Notes: a model not told the origin generated them from the sequence alone. Shown: positions 10,455-20,465, counted from the first letter of the stretch. The stretch is 64,000 nucleotides of DNA from Gammaproteobacteria bacterium (GCA_013152415.1 JAADGI010000018.1:13046-77045), one strand, 5' to 3'. Numbers and translations: made by a program.

Positions 10455-11522
10455 CTACCTCCGCTTCTTTTTCTTAGCCTTCTTTTTCTTAACCTTCTTT
10501 TTCTTGGCGGCCTTCTTTTTAGTCGCCTTTTTCTTGGTCTTCTTTTTCTTGGCTACTTTTTTCTTAGCCTTCTTTTTGACCTTCTTTTTAGTCTTCTTTT
10601 TCTTAACAGCCTTTTTCCGGGTTGCCTTTTTCTTAACCTTCTTTTTCTTGGCGGCCTTCTTTTTAGTCGCCTTTTTCTTGGTCACTTTCTTCTTGGCAGC
10701 CTTCTTCTTGGCAGCCTTCTTCTTGGCCTTCTTTTTTGCGGCCTTTTTAGGTTTCTTTTTAGTTGTCTTGGTAGCCTTCTTCTTCTTTTTCTTAGCAGTC
10801 TTGGCCGTTGCAGTGGGTGATGTCACCGCTGCCACCACCGGCTGTGCCTCGACGCCCTTTACCTGTAGTGGCCGAATCTCGGCATCCACCATGTCACAAA
10901 TGTGGGAAAAAATCTCATCCACCTCGTCCATACCATGGACCCGGCGTAGCTTTCCCTGGGCCTTGTAATAGGCGACCAAGGGGGCGGTCTCGCTTTCATA
11001 GACCTCCAGCCGTTTTCGGATGGTGGATTCATTATCATCCGAACGTTGCATGAGTGATCCACCACATTTGTCACAGCGACCCTGAATCTTGGGCGTGGCA
11101 AAATGAATGTTGTACATCTGGCCACAGCTGCTGCAGGTGCGTCGACCGGTCAGCCGTTTGATCAGGATATCGTTGTCCACTGCTACCAATAGGGCAATTT
11201 GCAGGGGCCGACCCAACCAGGCGAGCTTGGCATCCAGTTCCTGGGCCTGGGGGATATTGCGGGGAAAGCCATCAAGGATAAAGCCACTCTTGGCATCAGG
11301 CTGGGTCAAACGCTCTTCGATCATACCCAAAACTACGTCGTCTGATACCAACTGGCCTGCATCCATAGCCGCCTTGGCCTGCTTGCCGAGAGCCGTTCCT
11401 GCCTTGACTGCAGCACGCAGCAGGTCCCCGGTGGACACCTGCGGTACCTTGTATCTCTCAACTAGTAATTTGGCCTGGGTTCCCTTCCCGGATCCTGGTG
11501 CACCCAACAGTATTATTCTCAT
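10455..11522 (-). CDS. adk: Adenylate kinase with Zn-binding LID and a long C-terminal Lys/Ala-rich tail
   Basis: GAPGSGKGTQA P-loop, STGDLLR, GFILDGFPR, LID CSSC...CDKC, QRSDD. The last 116 aa contain 75 Lys and 3 Arg. Confidence 0.95.
   Translation of the reverse strand: MRIILLGAPGSGKGTQAKLLVERYKVPQVSTGDLLRAAVKAGTALGKQAKAAMDAGQLVSDDVVLGMIEERLTQPDAKSGFILDGFPRNIPQAQELDAKLAWLGRPLQIALLVAVDNDILIKRLTGRRTCSSCGQMYNIHFATPKIQGRCDKCGGSLMQRSDDNESTIRKRLEVYESETAPLVAYYKAQGKLRRVHGMDEVDEIFSHICDMVDAEIRPLQVKGVEAQPVVAAVTSPTATAKTAKKKKKKATKTTKKKPKKAAKKKAKKKAAKKKAAKKKVTKKKATKKKAAKKKKVKKKATRKKAVKKKKTKKKVKKKAKKKVAKKKKTKKKATKKKAAKKKKVKKKKAKKKKRR
10482..10683. repeat. 58-bp exact direct repeat within the adk tail
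   Basis: CTTTTTCTTAACCTTCTTTTTCTTGGCGGCCTTCTTTTTAGTCGCCTTTTTCTTGGTC occurs at 10482-10539 and 10626-10683. Confidence 0.9.
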
Positions 11523-11792
11523 GATTTTCTCGCTCTTGGATTTTTCTTGCCCCAGACCTTCACTTGGCCCAGGTCTATGTAAGGCCGCTAAACTACCGCC
11601 TTGACGGCCCTGACGTCAATGGTGAAAGCCAATTATGCGTGATCTCAGCACCCTGAAATTTCAAGGCTAACCCCTTAACCCCGTGACCCTGGACACGAAA
11701 AAATCCCGATTTCTCTGCTGATGGGGCAAAAAACCGGGCTGCGGCCTTGCCATGACACGTCGTTGTGGGACAATCCCCCTCCGGAGAATCCC

Positions 11793-12182
11793 ATGCCAGA
11801 TATCAACGACTTTAGCGACACCGAAATGTGGACCATCCAGACCACGTTGAAGGAACGCTATGGCAAGGACGTGGAGGTGCAGCTGGCGGATGTTGATCTA
11901 CGCCTAAGCCCCGCTGACCGCGAAACCACCTCTTGCCCAGCCCTGTACTGGTCTGAACGCGATGCCAACTTTGTGGTCGCCAAACTCGGCGATGAACGCT
12001 TTTATTGTCAGTTTTATTATCGCGGCCACGAGCAGTTTGGCGTTGGCCGTGATGAGTGGGACAACCTGGCGGAGTGTGTCACCACCTTATTGCAAGTTCA
12101 GGCTGATCACGAGGCCAAACGGGCCACGGAACCCGAAGACAGCACCGGGGACACCAAGAGAGCAACGCCTGATTCGCCCTGA
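11793..12182 (+). CDS. Hypothetical protein (129 aa)
   Basis: ATG at 11793 after GGAG. Globular composition (TTLKERYG...CPALYW...CQFYY...LLQVQADHE). Co-oriented with the PFK gene. Confidence 0.8.
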   Translation: MPDINDFSDTEMWTIQTTLKERYGKDVEVQLADVDLRLSPADRETTSCPALYWSERDANFVVAKLGDERFYCQFYYRGHEQFGVGRDEWDNLAECVTTLLQVQADHEAKRATEPEDSTGDTKRATPDSP

Positions 12183-12255
12183 TCGGCCAAGCAATTCACC
12201 CGATTTCTTTTAACCCTATCCAATATAAATAGCAGCAGCGAGGTAGTAACATCCA

Positions 12256-13593
12256 ATGGCAGCCCGAAAGAAGAAGACTAAATCCAAGAAAAAAACCGTG
12301 AAACGCGCTAAGTCACGGGTCACCCCCAAGCCCAAGGCCCAAAATGCCTTTTACGCCCAATCCGGCGGTGTCACCGCAGTCATCAATGCGTCCGCTTGTG
12401 GCATCATCGAAACCGCGCGTAAACATAAAAAACATATTGCCAAGGTCTATGCGGGCCGTAATGGCATCATCGGCGCGCTCACCGAAGACCTGATTGATAC
12501 CAGCAAGGAATCTGCGGCCACCATCCGCGCCCTGCGCCATACTCCCAGTGGGGCCTTTGGCTCATGCCGCTACAAGCTCAAAAGCCTGGAACACAACCGC
12601 CGTGAGTACGAACGCCTCATCGAGGTCTTCAAGGCCCACAATATCGGTTATTTCTTCTACAATGGTGGCGGTGATTCTGCCGATACCTGTCTCAAGATTT
12701 CCCAGCTATCCGAGACCATGGGCTATCCCATCAAGGCCATCCATGTGCCCAAGACCGTGGACAATGATCTGCCCATTACCGACAACTGCCCCGGCTTCGG
12801 TTCGGTAGCCAAATACATTGCAATCTCCACCCGAGAGGCCAGCTTCGACGTGGCCTCCATGTGCAAGACCTCTACCAAGGTCTTTGTGCTGGAAGTGATG
12901 GGTCGCCATGCCGGCTGGATTGCCGCCGCCGGTGGCCTGGCCTCGAACAAGGATTGCGAAATTCCGGTAATTATCCTGTTCCCGGAAGTGGCCTTCGATA
13001 AGGAAAAATTCCTCAAGCGGGTGGATGAACTGGTCAAGAAACACGGCTACTGCTCAGTAGTGGTGTCTGAAGGTGTTAAAGGTGCCGACGGCAAGTTTCT
13101 TGCCGACCAGGGCCTGGTGGATGCCTTCGGTCATGCCCAACTGGGGGGGGCCGCACCGGTGGTCGCCAACATGATCAAGGATGGCCTGGGCCTGAAATAC
13201 CATTGGGGCGTGGCCGATTATCTACAGCGGGCGGCGCGCCATGTGGCCTCCAAGACCGATGTGGATATGGCCTACGCCATGGGTAAGGCCGCAGTGCAGT
13301 ATGCCGTCAAGGGTCACAACTCGGTAATGCCCACCGTAGTCCGCACCTCCAACAAACCCTTCAAGTGGAAAGTGGGCATGGCCCCCTTGAGTAAGGTGGC
13401 CAATGTGGAAAAAATGATGCCGAAAAACTTTATCAGTAAAGATGGTTTTGGTATCACCCAGGCCTGCCGCAATTATCTGACCCCCCTCATCAAGGGTGAA
13501 GACTACCCGCCTTATAAGGATGGCATGCCGAAATACGTACGACCCAAGAGTGTGGCCGTACCAAAAAAGCTCAAAAACAAGTTCGAGCTGTAA
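12256..13593 (+). CDS. pfp: 6-phosphofructokinase, probably pyrophosphate-dependent, with a basic N-terminal extension
   Basis: YAQSGG, NGGGDS (Asp at the phosphoryl-donor position), PKTVDND (Lys), EVMGRHAGW. Linked to hppA. Confidence 0.88.
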   Translation: MAARKKKTKSKKKTVKRAKSRVTPKPKAQNAFYAQSGGVTAVINASACGIIETARKHKKHIAKVYAGRNGIIGALTEDLIDTSKESAATIRALRHTPSGAFGSCRYKLKSLEHNRREYERLIEVFKAHNIGYFFYNGGGDSADTCLKISQLSETMGYPIKAIHVPKTVDNDLPITDNCPGFGSVAKYIAISTREASFDVASMCKTSTKVFVLEVMGRHAGWIAAAGGLASNKDCEIPVIILFPEVAFDKEKFLKRVDELVKKHGYCSVVVSEGVKGADGKFLADQGLVDAFGHAQLGGAAPVVANMIKDGLGLKYHWGVADYLQRAARHVASKTDVDMAYAMGKAAVQYAVKGHNSVMPTVVRTSNKPFKWKVGMAPLSKVANVEKMMPKNFISKDGFGITQACRNYLTPLIKGEDYPPYKDGMPKYVRPKSVAVPKKLKNKFEL

Positions 13594-13596
13594 TCT

Positions 13597-13640
13597 GAAC
13601 GCCACCGCCGCTATTGATAGCAATATCGGTGGTGGCGTTC
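13597..13640 (+). terminator. Long stem-loop immediately after the PFK stop
   Basis: GAACGCCACC...GGTGGCGTTC outer arms with further internal pairing (TATTG/CAATA). No clear U-tract, so it could be an mRNA-stabilising hairpin instead. Confidence 0.5.
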
Positions 13641-13677
13641 CCACCTGCAACACAGCAAGTGTACGTTCCCATTTATA

Positions 13678-13690
13678 AATCAATGAGTTA
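13678..13690 (+). promoter_or_regulatory. IHF-like site
   Basis: AATCAATGAGTTA matches WATCAANNNNTTR, in an AT-rich intergenic region. Confidence 0.45.
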
Positions 13691-13827
13691 TCCGATTTTT
13701 TTACAAAACTATTGATGAAATTTCGTGCTAGAAAGATTCCAATTTAATGGCCGCATAAAAATATTTACCTTGCCTATTTATACCTTTGCTGCAAGCTTGC
13801 AGGCTGTTTTTCCGACCCCGGAAACTA

Positions 13828-14040
13828 ATGACAATTGATAAGGCACACGAGTTACTAGAGGTTCAGGCCGGCTTCGGTGGTTTCTATAATGGCAATTCGG
13901 CCAAACTGATCCTGTCTGAGGTAAGCCGTGAACATGGACAGGCCGCTGTGGACCAACTCATTCGTGAATTGGAACTGGAACACATCTTTGGTTTTAAACC
14001 GGGTACGGAATTTAAGGGTGGCTTGGCCATAGATGACTAA
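13828..14040 (+). CDS. Small hypothetical protein (70 aa)
   Basis: MTIDKAHELLEVQAGFGGFYNGNSAKLIL... has natural amphipathic composition. Lies between pfp and hppA on the same strand. Confidence 0.7.
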   Translation: MTIDKAHELLEVQAGFGGFYNGNSAKLILSEVSREHGQAAVDQLIRELELEHIFGFKPGTEFKGGLAIDD

Positions 14041-14114
14041 GGCAACGTTCATCTAGCTTTAAGTGACTAAAACTATAATCTCGAACCTAACCCTATAATT
14101 TAGGAGGAGTACCC

Positions 14115-16154
14115 ATGGCGACCGGATTAATCATCGCATTAGTGTGCGCAGCTGCGGCATTGTTATACGGCGCGTTCTCAATCAAGTGGATTCTAGCCAA
14201 GCCAGCCGGCAACGAACGCATGCAAGAAATTGCAGCGGCCATTCAAGAAGGGGCCATGGCTTATCTTAACCGTCAATATTCCACCATCGCCGTAGTCGGC
14301 GTTGTCCTCATGGTCGCCATCGCCTATTTTGTCGACACCATGACCGCAGTGGGGTTTGTCATTGGCGCCGTACTTTCAGGCCTGACCGGCTATATTGGTA
14401 TGCATATCTCAGTGCGCTCCAACGTACGCACCGCTGAGGCCGCCAACAATGGCCTTAACGCCGCCATGCAAGTGGCCTTTCGCGGTGGTGCCATCACCGG
14501 CATGCTGGTGGTGGGTTTGGGGCTACTGGGTGTGGCCGGCTTCTACGGGGTCCTGGCAGCCATGGCGCCCAGCGGCGAGACCGTCAACCTGACACCCCTG
14601 ATAGGCTTGGCCTTTGGTGGTTCCCTGATCTCCATTTTTGCACGACTCGGTGGCGGTATCTTCACCAAGGGTGCCGATGTAGGTGCCGATATCGTAGGCA
14701 AGGTCGAGGCCGGTATCCCCGAAGATGACCCCCGTAACCCCGCAGTAATCGCTGATAACGTGGGGGATAATGTAGGGGATTGCGCCGGTATGGCCGCTGA
14801 TCTGTTTGAAACCTATGCCGTCACCATCGTCGCCACCATGCTGTTGGGAGGATTACTTATCAGCGGGGCAGGAACCACTTCGGCAATCTATCCCCTGGTC
14901 CTGGGGGGTGTCTCCATCATTGCCTGTATCGTTGGAACCTTCTTCGTCAAGGCACGAGAAGGTGGCAAGATCATGAATGCCTTGTATCGTGGGCTCATCG
15001 TCACCGGGATCCTTGCCGCAGCAGGCTTTTATCCGGCCACCATGTGGATGATGGGTGACGGCGTCAGCATAGACGGCAACACCATCTCGTCATTAAACTT
15101 GTATTACGCCACCTTGATCGGACTGGCACTCACTGCAGCCATGGTGGTCATCACTGAGTACTACACCGGTACGGAATACAAGCCGGTACGGCATATTGCT
15201 GAAGCCTCTACTACCGGCGACGGCACCAACGTCATCGCCGGCCTGGGTGTGTCCATGAAATCCACCGCCCTGCCCGTATTGGCCGTCTGTGCCAGTATTT
15301 GGGGGGCCCATGAATTGGCGGGACTGTACGGTATCGCCATCGCCGCGACCTCTATGTTGTCCCTAACCGGTATCATTGTCGCCCTGGACGCCTATGGCCC
15401 CATCACCGATAACGCCGGTGGTATTGCTGAAATGGCCGAACTGGACGAGAAAATTCGCAACATCACCGACCCCCTGGATGCGGTGGGCAACACCACCAAG
15501 GCGGTCACCAAGGGTTATGCCATCGGCTCCGCCGGGCTTGCTGCCCTGGTGTTATTTGCCGATTTCACCCACTCGTTGGACGCCCATGGTGGACAGCCTC
15601 TCAACTTCTCCCTGGACAACCACATGGTGCTCATCGGTCTGTTTATCGGTGGTCTGGTGCCCTACCTGTTCGGTGCCATGGCCATGGAGGCCGTAGGTCG
15701 GGCCGCTGGGGGCATCGTCAACGAGGTACGTCGGCAGTTCAAAGAAATCCCTGGCATCATGAAGGGCACGGCCAAACCGGACTACACCCGGGCCGTAGAT
15801 ATGCTGACCAAGGCCGCCATCAAAGAAATGATAATACCGTCCCTATTACCGATAGCGGTGCCCATTCTGGTGGGCCTGCTGCTGGGCAAAGAGGCCTTGG
15901 GTGGCCTGCTGATTGGCACTATCGTCACCGGCCTGTTTGTGGCCATCTCCATGACCACCGGTGGTGGTGCCTGGGATAATGCCAAAAAGTACATCGAGGA
16001 TGGTAACCATGGCGGTAAGGGTTCCGACGCCCACAAGGCCGCTGTGACCGGTGATACCGTAGGTGACCCCTACAAGGACACCGCCGGTCCCGCCATTAAC
16101 CCATTGATCAAAATTATCAATATTGTCGCTCTGCTGATGGTGCCGTTGTTATAA
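14115..16154 (+). CDS. hppA: Membrane-bound H+-translocating pyrophosphatase, K+-independent type
   Basis: [43 protein letters not shown] (Lys indicates K+-independence), [20 protein letters not shown]. Confidence 0.96.
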   Translation: MATGLIIALVCAAAALLYGAFSIKWILAKPAGNERMQEIAAAIQEGAMAYLNRQYSTIAVVGVVLMVAIAYFVDTMTAVGFVIGAVLSGLTGYIGMHISVRSNVRTAEAANNGLNAAMQVAFRGGAITGMLVVGLGLLGVAGFYGVLAAMAPSGETVNLTPLIGLAFGGSLISIFARLGGGIFTKGADVGADIVGKVEAGIPEDDPRNPAVIADNVGDNVGDCAGMAADLFETYAVTIVATMLLGGLLISGAGTTSAIYPLVLGGVSIIACIVGTFFVKAREGGKIMNALYRGLIVTGILAAAGFYPATMWMMGDGVSIDGNTISSLNLYYATLIGLALTAAMVVITEYYTGTEYKPVRHIAEASTTGDGTNVIAGLGVSMKSTALPVLAVCASIWGAHELAGLYGIAIAATSMLSLTGIIVALDAYGPITDNAGGIAEMAELDEKIRNITDPLDAVGNTTKAVTKGYAIGSAGLAALVLFADFTHSLDAHGGQPLNFSLDNHMVLIGLFIGGLVPYLFGAMAMEAVGRAAGGIVNEVRRQFKEIPGIMKGTAKPDYTRAVDMLTKAAIKEMIIPSLLPIAVPILVGLLLGKEALGGLLIGTIVTGLFVAISMTTGGGAWDNAKKYIEDGNHGGKGSDAHKAAVTGDTVGDPYKDTAGPAINPLIKIINIVALLMVPLL

Positions 16155-16250
16155 AAACAGGCGAAAGGAACGAGGGGAAGGGATGCCCCATACACCTGTT
16201 TCTCTGGATTTTGGCTTCCACCAGAACCTTACGCAACTGAGGAAAAAATC

Positions 16251-16460
16251 ATGCAAAAGTGGATCGACAAGTTGGTTGGCAAGGAAGTCAAAGTCATTAC
16301 CCGCAATGACGAGACCGAACACGAAGGTACCTTGCTCGCAATCAATATGGAGCCCCTGAAACATGGTATGGGCCCGTCGGTGGCCATCGAGAATGATGAC
16401 CGCACCCACACCCTGGCCTTTGACGTAGAGTACATCGACGAACTACACGAAGACGACTAA
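16251..16460 (+). CDS. Small acidic hypothetical protein, possible Sm/LSm-like fold
   Basis: GAGG RBS. IDKLVGKEVKVITRND..HEGTLLAI resembles an Sm1-type pattern. Confidence 0.6.
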   Translation: MQKWIDKLVGKEVKVITRNDETEHEGTLLAINMEPLKHGMGPSVAIENDDRTHTLAFDVEYIDELHEDD

Positions 16461-16473
16461 GAGAGCCCTTAAT

Positions 16474-17385
16474 TCAGTCCCCGTTGCCCTTTCTTCGGGC
16501 TCGGGGGTGGGTCTGATCATAGACCTTGGCCAAATGTTGAAAGTTGAGGTGAGTGTAAACCTGGGTGGTGGCAATATCTGCATGCCCGAGTAATTCCTGG
16601 ACCGCACGCAGGTCACCACTGGACTCCAACAGGTGGCTGGCAAAAGAATGGCGCAACATGTGTGGGTGCACCGGCACCCCCACCCCTTGGCGGCGAGCCC
16701 AATATTGAATACGGCCCTGCACCCCACGCCCACTGATACGTTGGCCACGACTATTAACAAACAAGGCCGATTCAGCTTGTTTTGCGACTTCCCCACGACA
16801 GACCAGCCATTCTTGAGTAGCCTCGCGGGCAAAACGGCCCACCGGCACGATACGCGTCTTACCACCCTTACCGGTCACCCGTACCGTCGCGTCCACCAGA
16901 TCGATATCCGCCACATCCAATGACACCAACTCAGCAAGGCGCAATCCAGAGGAATACAACAATTCCATAATAGCCCGGTCACGCAAGGCCAAAGGCTGTC
17001 GACTATTTACTGCCACCAACAAGCCGACCTGCTCGATATCCAGAGTCTTGGGCAACAACTTGGGTGACTTGGGAGCAGCCACCCCTTCCAGGGGGTTATA
17101 GCTGACCGTGTTCTGCTTGATAAGGTATCGATAAAACGAGCGGGCTGCAGAGAGCAACCGCGCAATACTGCGACCCGAGAGATTATTGTGATGCAGATGA
17201 GCTACATAGTTGCGGCTATCGTGAACAGTGAGCATGTCCCACGACAATATATGCTGCTGGTCACAAAATTTTTCCAATCGGCCAAGGTCACGACCATAGT
17301 TACTTAGGGTATGGGGCGACAAACGCCGCTCAACCCTTAGCGAGTCTAAATAGCCGGAGATTTGCTTTTGGGCCGACGTATTCAC
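16474..17385 (-). CDS. xerC: Tyrosine recombinase XerC
   Basis: RDRAIMELLYSSGLRLAEL, GKGGKTR, HPHMLRHSFASH, QELLGHA, TTQVYTH. Canonical dapF-DUF484-xerC order. Confidence 0.95.
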   Translation of the reverse strand: MNTSAQKQISGYLDSLRVERRLSPHTLSNYGRDLGRLEKFCDQQHILSWDMLTVHDSRNYVAHLHHNNLSGRSIARLLSAARSFYRYLIKQNTVSYNPLEGVAAPKSPKLLPKTLDIEQVGLLVAVNSRQPLALRDRAIMELLYSSGLRLAELVSLDVADIDLVDATVRVTGKGGKTRIVPVGRFAREATQEWLVCRGEVAKQAESALFVNSRGQRISGRGVQGRIQYWARRQGVGVPVHPHMLRHSFASHLLESSGDLRAVQELLGHADIATTQVYTHLNFQHLAKVYDQTHPRARRKGNGD

Positions 17386-17408
17386 AAATTCATGGCCCTA
17401 CCCTCACA

Positions 17409-18113
17409 CTAAGAGCGGAATCTCTGAAAGGCGCTACTCATTACCTCACCCAAACGCCCCAAATAAACGGTACCGATGTCAGGGTGAAAGCGGCGTTTAT
17501 CCGATGAGGTCAACACCAACACACCCCATGGGGCACCCGTCCCCAAGGCAACAAAGGCAACTGAGGCAATAACTTTCGCACTGCCCAAAAACAGGGCTTC
17601 CATGATCGTGGCATCGGGTTGATCGTCACACCGCACTCGGGCATCACCCATCCAATTTAACAAATGATGAGCCAATTCAGACTCTGGGTAGATGATCTCG
17701 GCACCCATCTTGGCCAGTGCCTCATTATCATCGGCACACACCAACCGAGTCGTCTCAAGCTTAAAGTTATCGCGTAACCGATCACTGATGACACGCAATA
17801 ATTTTTTAGCACTGCTCGCCTCATTCAAAGCCAAACAAAACCGATGTAGACGCTCACCCGCGACATTATTTTCGCGTGCGATGGCCATCAAATCCTGTAA
17901 CTGTCTTTGCATAGCACAATTCTTAGTGCGCAACACATCGACCTGTTTCTCAATCAGCGATATTGTGACGCCGCGACCCTCATGGGGGATACGCAAATGC
18001 ATTAGTATTTCTGGATGACTCTCAAAATAGTCCAGGTGTTCACCCAAATAGCGAGTCACAGTTTCCTCCCACTGTAGTTCCGGGGACACCTCAGTGTTTT
18101 GTTCTTCTCTCAT
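17409..18113 (-). CDS. DUF484 (YigA-like) protein
   Basis: YLGEHLDYFESHPEIL, ISLIEKQVDVLR, S.D..RFHPDIGT.YL. Between dapF and xerC. Start placed at ATG 18113 to avoid overlap with dapF. Confidence 0.9.
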   Translation of the reverse strand: MREEQNTEVSPELQWEETVTRYLGEHLDYFESHPEILMHLRIPHEGRGVTISLIEKQVDVLRTKNCAMQRQLQDLMAIARENNVAGERLHRFCLALNEASSAKKLLRVISDRLRDNFKLETTRLVCADDNEALAKMGAEIIYPESELAHHLLNWMGDARVRCDDQPDATIMEALFLGSAKVIASVAFVALGTGAPWGVLVLTSSDKRRFHPDIGTVYLGRLGEVMSSAFQRFRS

Positions 18114-18120
18114 TCGCTTA

Positions 18121-18969
18121 TTAACCCCGCAATGCATCCATATCAACTTGACCATCAAATACATGGTGGGCGGGTCCGGTCATCTCAACACCGTGACCTT
18201 CACCTGCCCAACGCACATCCAACCATCCACCACGCAATTGCACCTGAACCCGTTCACCCAACACGCCTCTAATACGACCCGTAACCACTGCAGCACAGGC
18301 CCCCGATCCACAGGCCAGAGTTTCACCCACACCACGCTCATACACGCGCAACCGAATCTCGACGTCACTGACGATCTCCATGTACCCCGCATTCACCCGT
18401 TGGGGAAATCTTGAGTGCTGCTCTATCAAAGGTCCCTGTGTTGTTACGGGTGCCCGGTCAATGGCATCAACAATCTGTACCGCATGAGGATTGCCCATGG
18501 ACAACACCGTTACTTCCACAATATTACCCTCTACGTCCAGATCATACCTGTCTTGCCGGCCATCGGCCACAAACGGGATACGGGTGGGTTCAAACTGGGG
18601 AGCGCCCATATCCAGGCTAACACGCCCGTCCTGCTCTACCTTGGCCTCGATCACACCGGCTCCGGTGGACACAATGATCTGACGTTTATCGGTCAAACCC
18701 TGGTGACGGACGAACAGAGCAAAACAACGCGCACCATTACCACACTGATCGACCTCACCCCCATCAGCGTTAAATATCCGGTAATTAAAATCGATCCCCA
18801 CCTGATTCGCCGGCTCCACCAACAGCAACTGATCGCAGCCCACACCGAAATGCCGATCCGCCAGTCGTCGAATCTGGTCACGTTCCAGCCGTATTTTCTG
18901 GCGCACTGCGTCGATGACTATGAAATCATTTCCCAGGGCCTGCATCTTAGAAAACTTTAGTATCATCAC
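18121..18969 (-). CDS. dapF: Diaminopimelate epimerase
   Basis: [39 protein letters not shown]. Confidence 0.97.
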   Translation of the reverse strand: MMILKFSKMQALGNDFIVIDAVRQKIRLERDQIRRLADRHFGVGCDQLLLVEPANQVGIDFNYRIFNADGGEVDQCGNGARCFALFVRHQGLTDKRQIIVSTGAGVIEAKVEQDGRVSLDMGAPQFEPTRIPFVADGRQDRYDLDVEGNIVEVTVLSMGNPHAVQIVDAIDRAPVTTQGPLIEQHSRFPQRVNAGYMEIVSDVEIRLRVYERGVGETLACGSGACAAVVTGRIRGVLGERVQVQLRGGWLDVRWAGEGHGVEMTGPAHHVFDGQVDMDALRG

Positions 18970-19086
18970 TCGTCTTAGCCTCTGCGTCTTTGCAAGAATA
19001 TCATTGCATCAAACGCTTGGCACTATTACTTACAACCTCTCAATAAGTCCGTGCAACCTCAATCTAACGAACTTATCGAAAAGTTA

Positions 19087-19908
19087 CTATTGATTGCCTT
19101 CACCAAGATAAGCGGTCCAATCGTGGTTACCGCTACCACCAGCAAAAAACCACGGATTGAGTATGGAAGGCTTGTTATAGGTCAAGGGAGAATTTTTAGA
19201 ATCCACCACCCTCCCCCCGGCTGCCTCGACCACACATTGGGCCGCAGCCGTATCCCATTCCGAGGTGGGCCCCAGGCGCGGATAGACATCGGCACGACCC
19301 TCTGCCACCAGGCACAGCTTGATGGAGCTGCCCATCGCCAAGGCCTGAAAAGAACCTTGGCATTGCTCGAATCGCGCCAGATAGTCGGCCAGATCCTTGC
19401 CTGGGTGGGACCGGCTGGTGACGATTGTGGCCGCGCCACCGTGATACGAACGTGCATGAATTGCCCGCTCGGCACCCTCTGGGTCACAGCGGAATGCACC
19501 TTCACCCTCACAGGCAAAGTAACTGACCCCCGATACCGGTAGGTGCACCACGCCCAGCACCGGCCTGTGACCGTCAATCAGGGCAATGTTCACCGTAAAC
19601 TCATCATTGCGCTTAACAAACTCCCGCGTGCCATCAAGGGGGTCGACCAACCAGAATTTCTCCCAGTCTTGACGCATGGCCAAGACACGACTGTCCGACT
19701 CCTCGGATAACGTAGGAATATCTGGCGTAAGTTTGGCCAACCCGGTAACAATAACCTGATGGGCGGCCCGATCTGCGTCCGTGAGGGGGGACCCGTCACA
19801 CTTTGTGTCCACATCAAATCCCCGTTGATAAATATCCAGGATACGGTCTGCCGCCTGGGCCGCCAGTTCCCGTATCCGAGACAAATAATGACTATACCGG
19901 GCTGACAC
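19087..19908 (-). CDS. cysQ: 3'(2'),5'-bisphosphate nucleotidase
   Basis: SPLTDAD, LSEE, WLVDPLDGTREF, GSSIKLCLVAEG, EWDTAAAQ. Confidence 0.94.
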   Translation of the reverse strand: MSARYSHYLSRIRELAAQAADRILDIYQRGFDVDTKCDGSPLTDADRAAHQVIVTGLAKLTPDIPTLSEESDSRVLAMRQDWEKFWLVDPLDGTREFVKRNDEFTVNIALIDGHRPVLGVVHLPVSGVSYFACEGEGAFRCDPEGAERAIHARSYHGGAATIVTSRSHPGKDLADYLARFEQCQGSFQALAMGSSIKLCLVAEGRADVYPRLGPTSEWDTAAAQCVVEAAGGRVVDSKNSPLTYNKPSILNPWFFAGGSGNHDWTAYLGEGNQ

Positions 19909-19913
19909 TGGCC

Positions 19914-20465
19914 TTAAGTACCGGCCGCGGCCAGATAGTCGCGCAAAAGGAATAGGGCAAGGAGGCTCCTTGCCTCAGTAAAATCTGGCTGATCCAGTAA
20001 GGATTTAATATCGTCAACGGGCCAGGTCAGCGTCTCGATAGGCTCAGGTTCATCACCCTCGAGCTGTTGCGGATAAAGATCTTGAGCCAACAGAACATGG
20101 CAATGGTGGTCACTGTAACCCGGCGCCAGATACACCTTCCGAAGGGGCTCTATACGTCGAGCACCCAACCCTATCTCCTCCATAAGCTCCCGTTGCCCCG
20201 CCTGTTCCGGCGTTTCGCCTGCCTCTATCCGCCCCTTCGGAAAAGTGAGCTCATAGTCCTCAACCCCGGCAGCATATTCTCGAATGAGGATAATATTATG
20301 GGCATCGGCCATGGGCACCACCATTACCGCACTGGCCGCAGCCCCACATAATCGTTCATATTGTGCCTTGATCCCATTTGAAAACACCAAGTTCAATTGC
20401 TCAATTTGAAACAACCTCGATTGGGCGATGACTTGGCGAGACTCGATACTCGGTTTCTTTTTCAT
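19914..20465 (-). CDS. nudE: ADP-compounds hydrolase NudE
   Basis: SRLFQIEQL.L.FSNG, Nudix box PKGRIEAGE...RELMEEIG, EGDEPEP, FTEARS. Upstream of cysQ. Confidence 0.92.
   Translation of the reverse strand: MKKKPSIESRQVIAQSRLFQIEQLNLVFSNGIKAQYERLCGAAASAVMVVPMADAHNIILIREYAAGVEDYELTFPKGRIEAGETPEQAGQRELMEEIGLGARRIEPLRKVYLAPGYSDHHCHVLLAQDLYPQQLEGDEPEPIETLTWPVDDIKSLLDQPDFTEARSLLALFLLRDYLAAAGT

Noticed and set aside
10455-10805. Repetitive DNA as a possible CRISPR array or non-coding satellite
   Set aside because: There is no repeat-spacer structure, and the repeats are in-frame codons of the adk tail.
16474-17385. Tyrosine recombinase as a phage or island integrase
   Set aside because: It sits in the housekeeping dapF-DUF484-xerC operon, and I saw no att, tRNA or dif-like site nearby.
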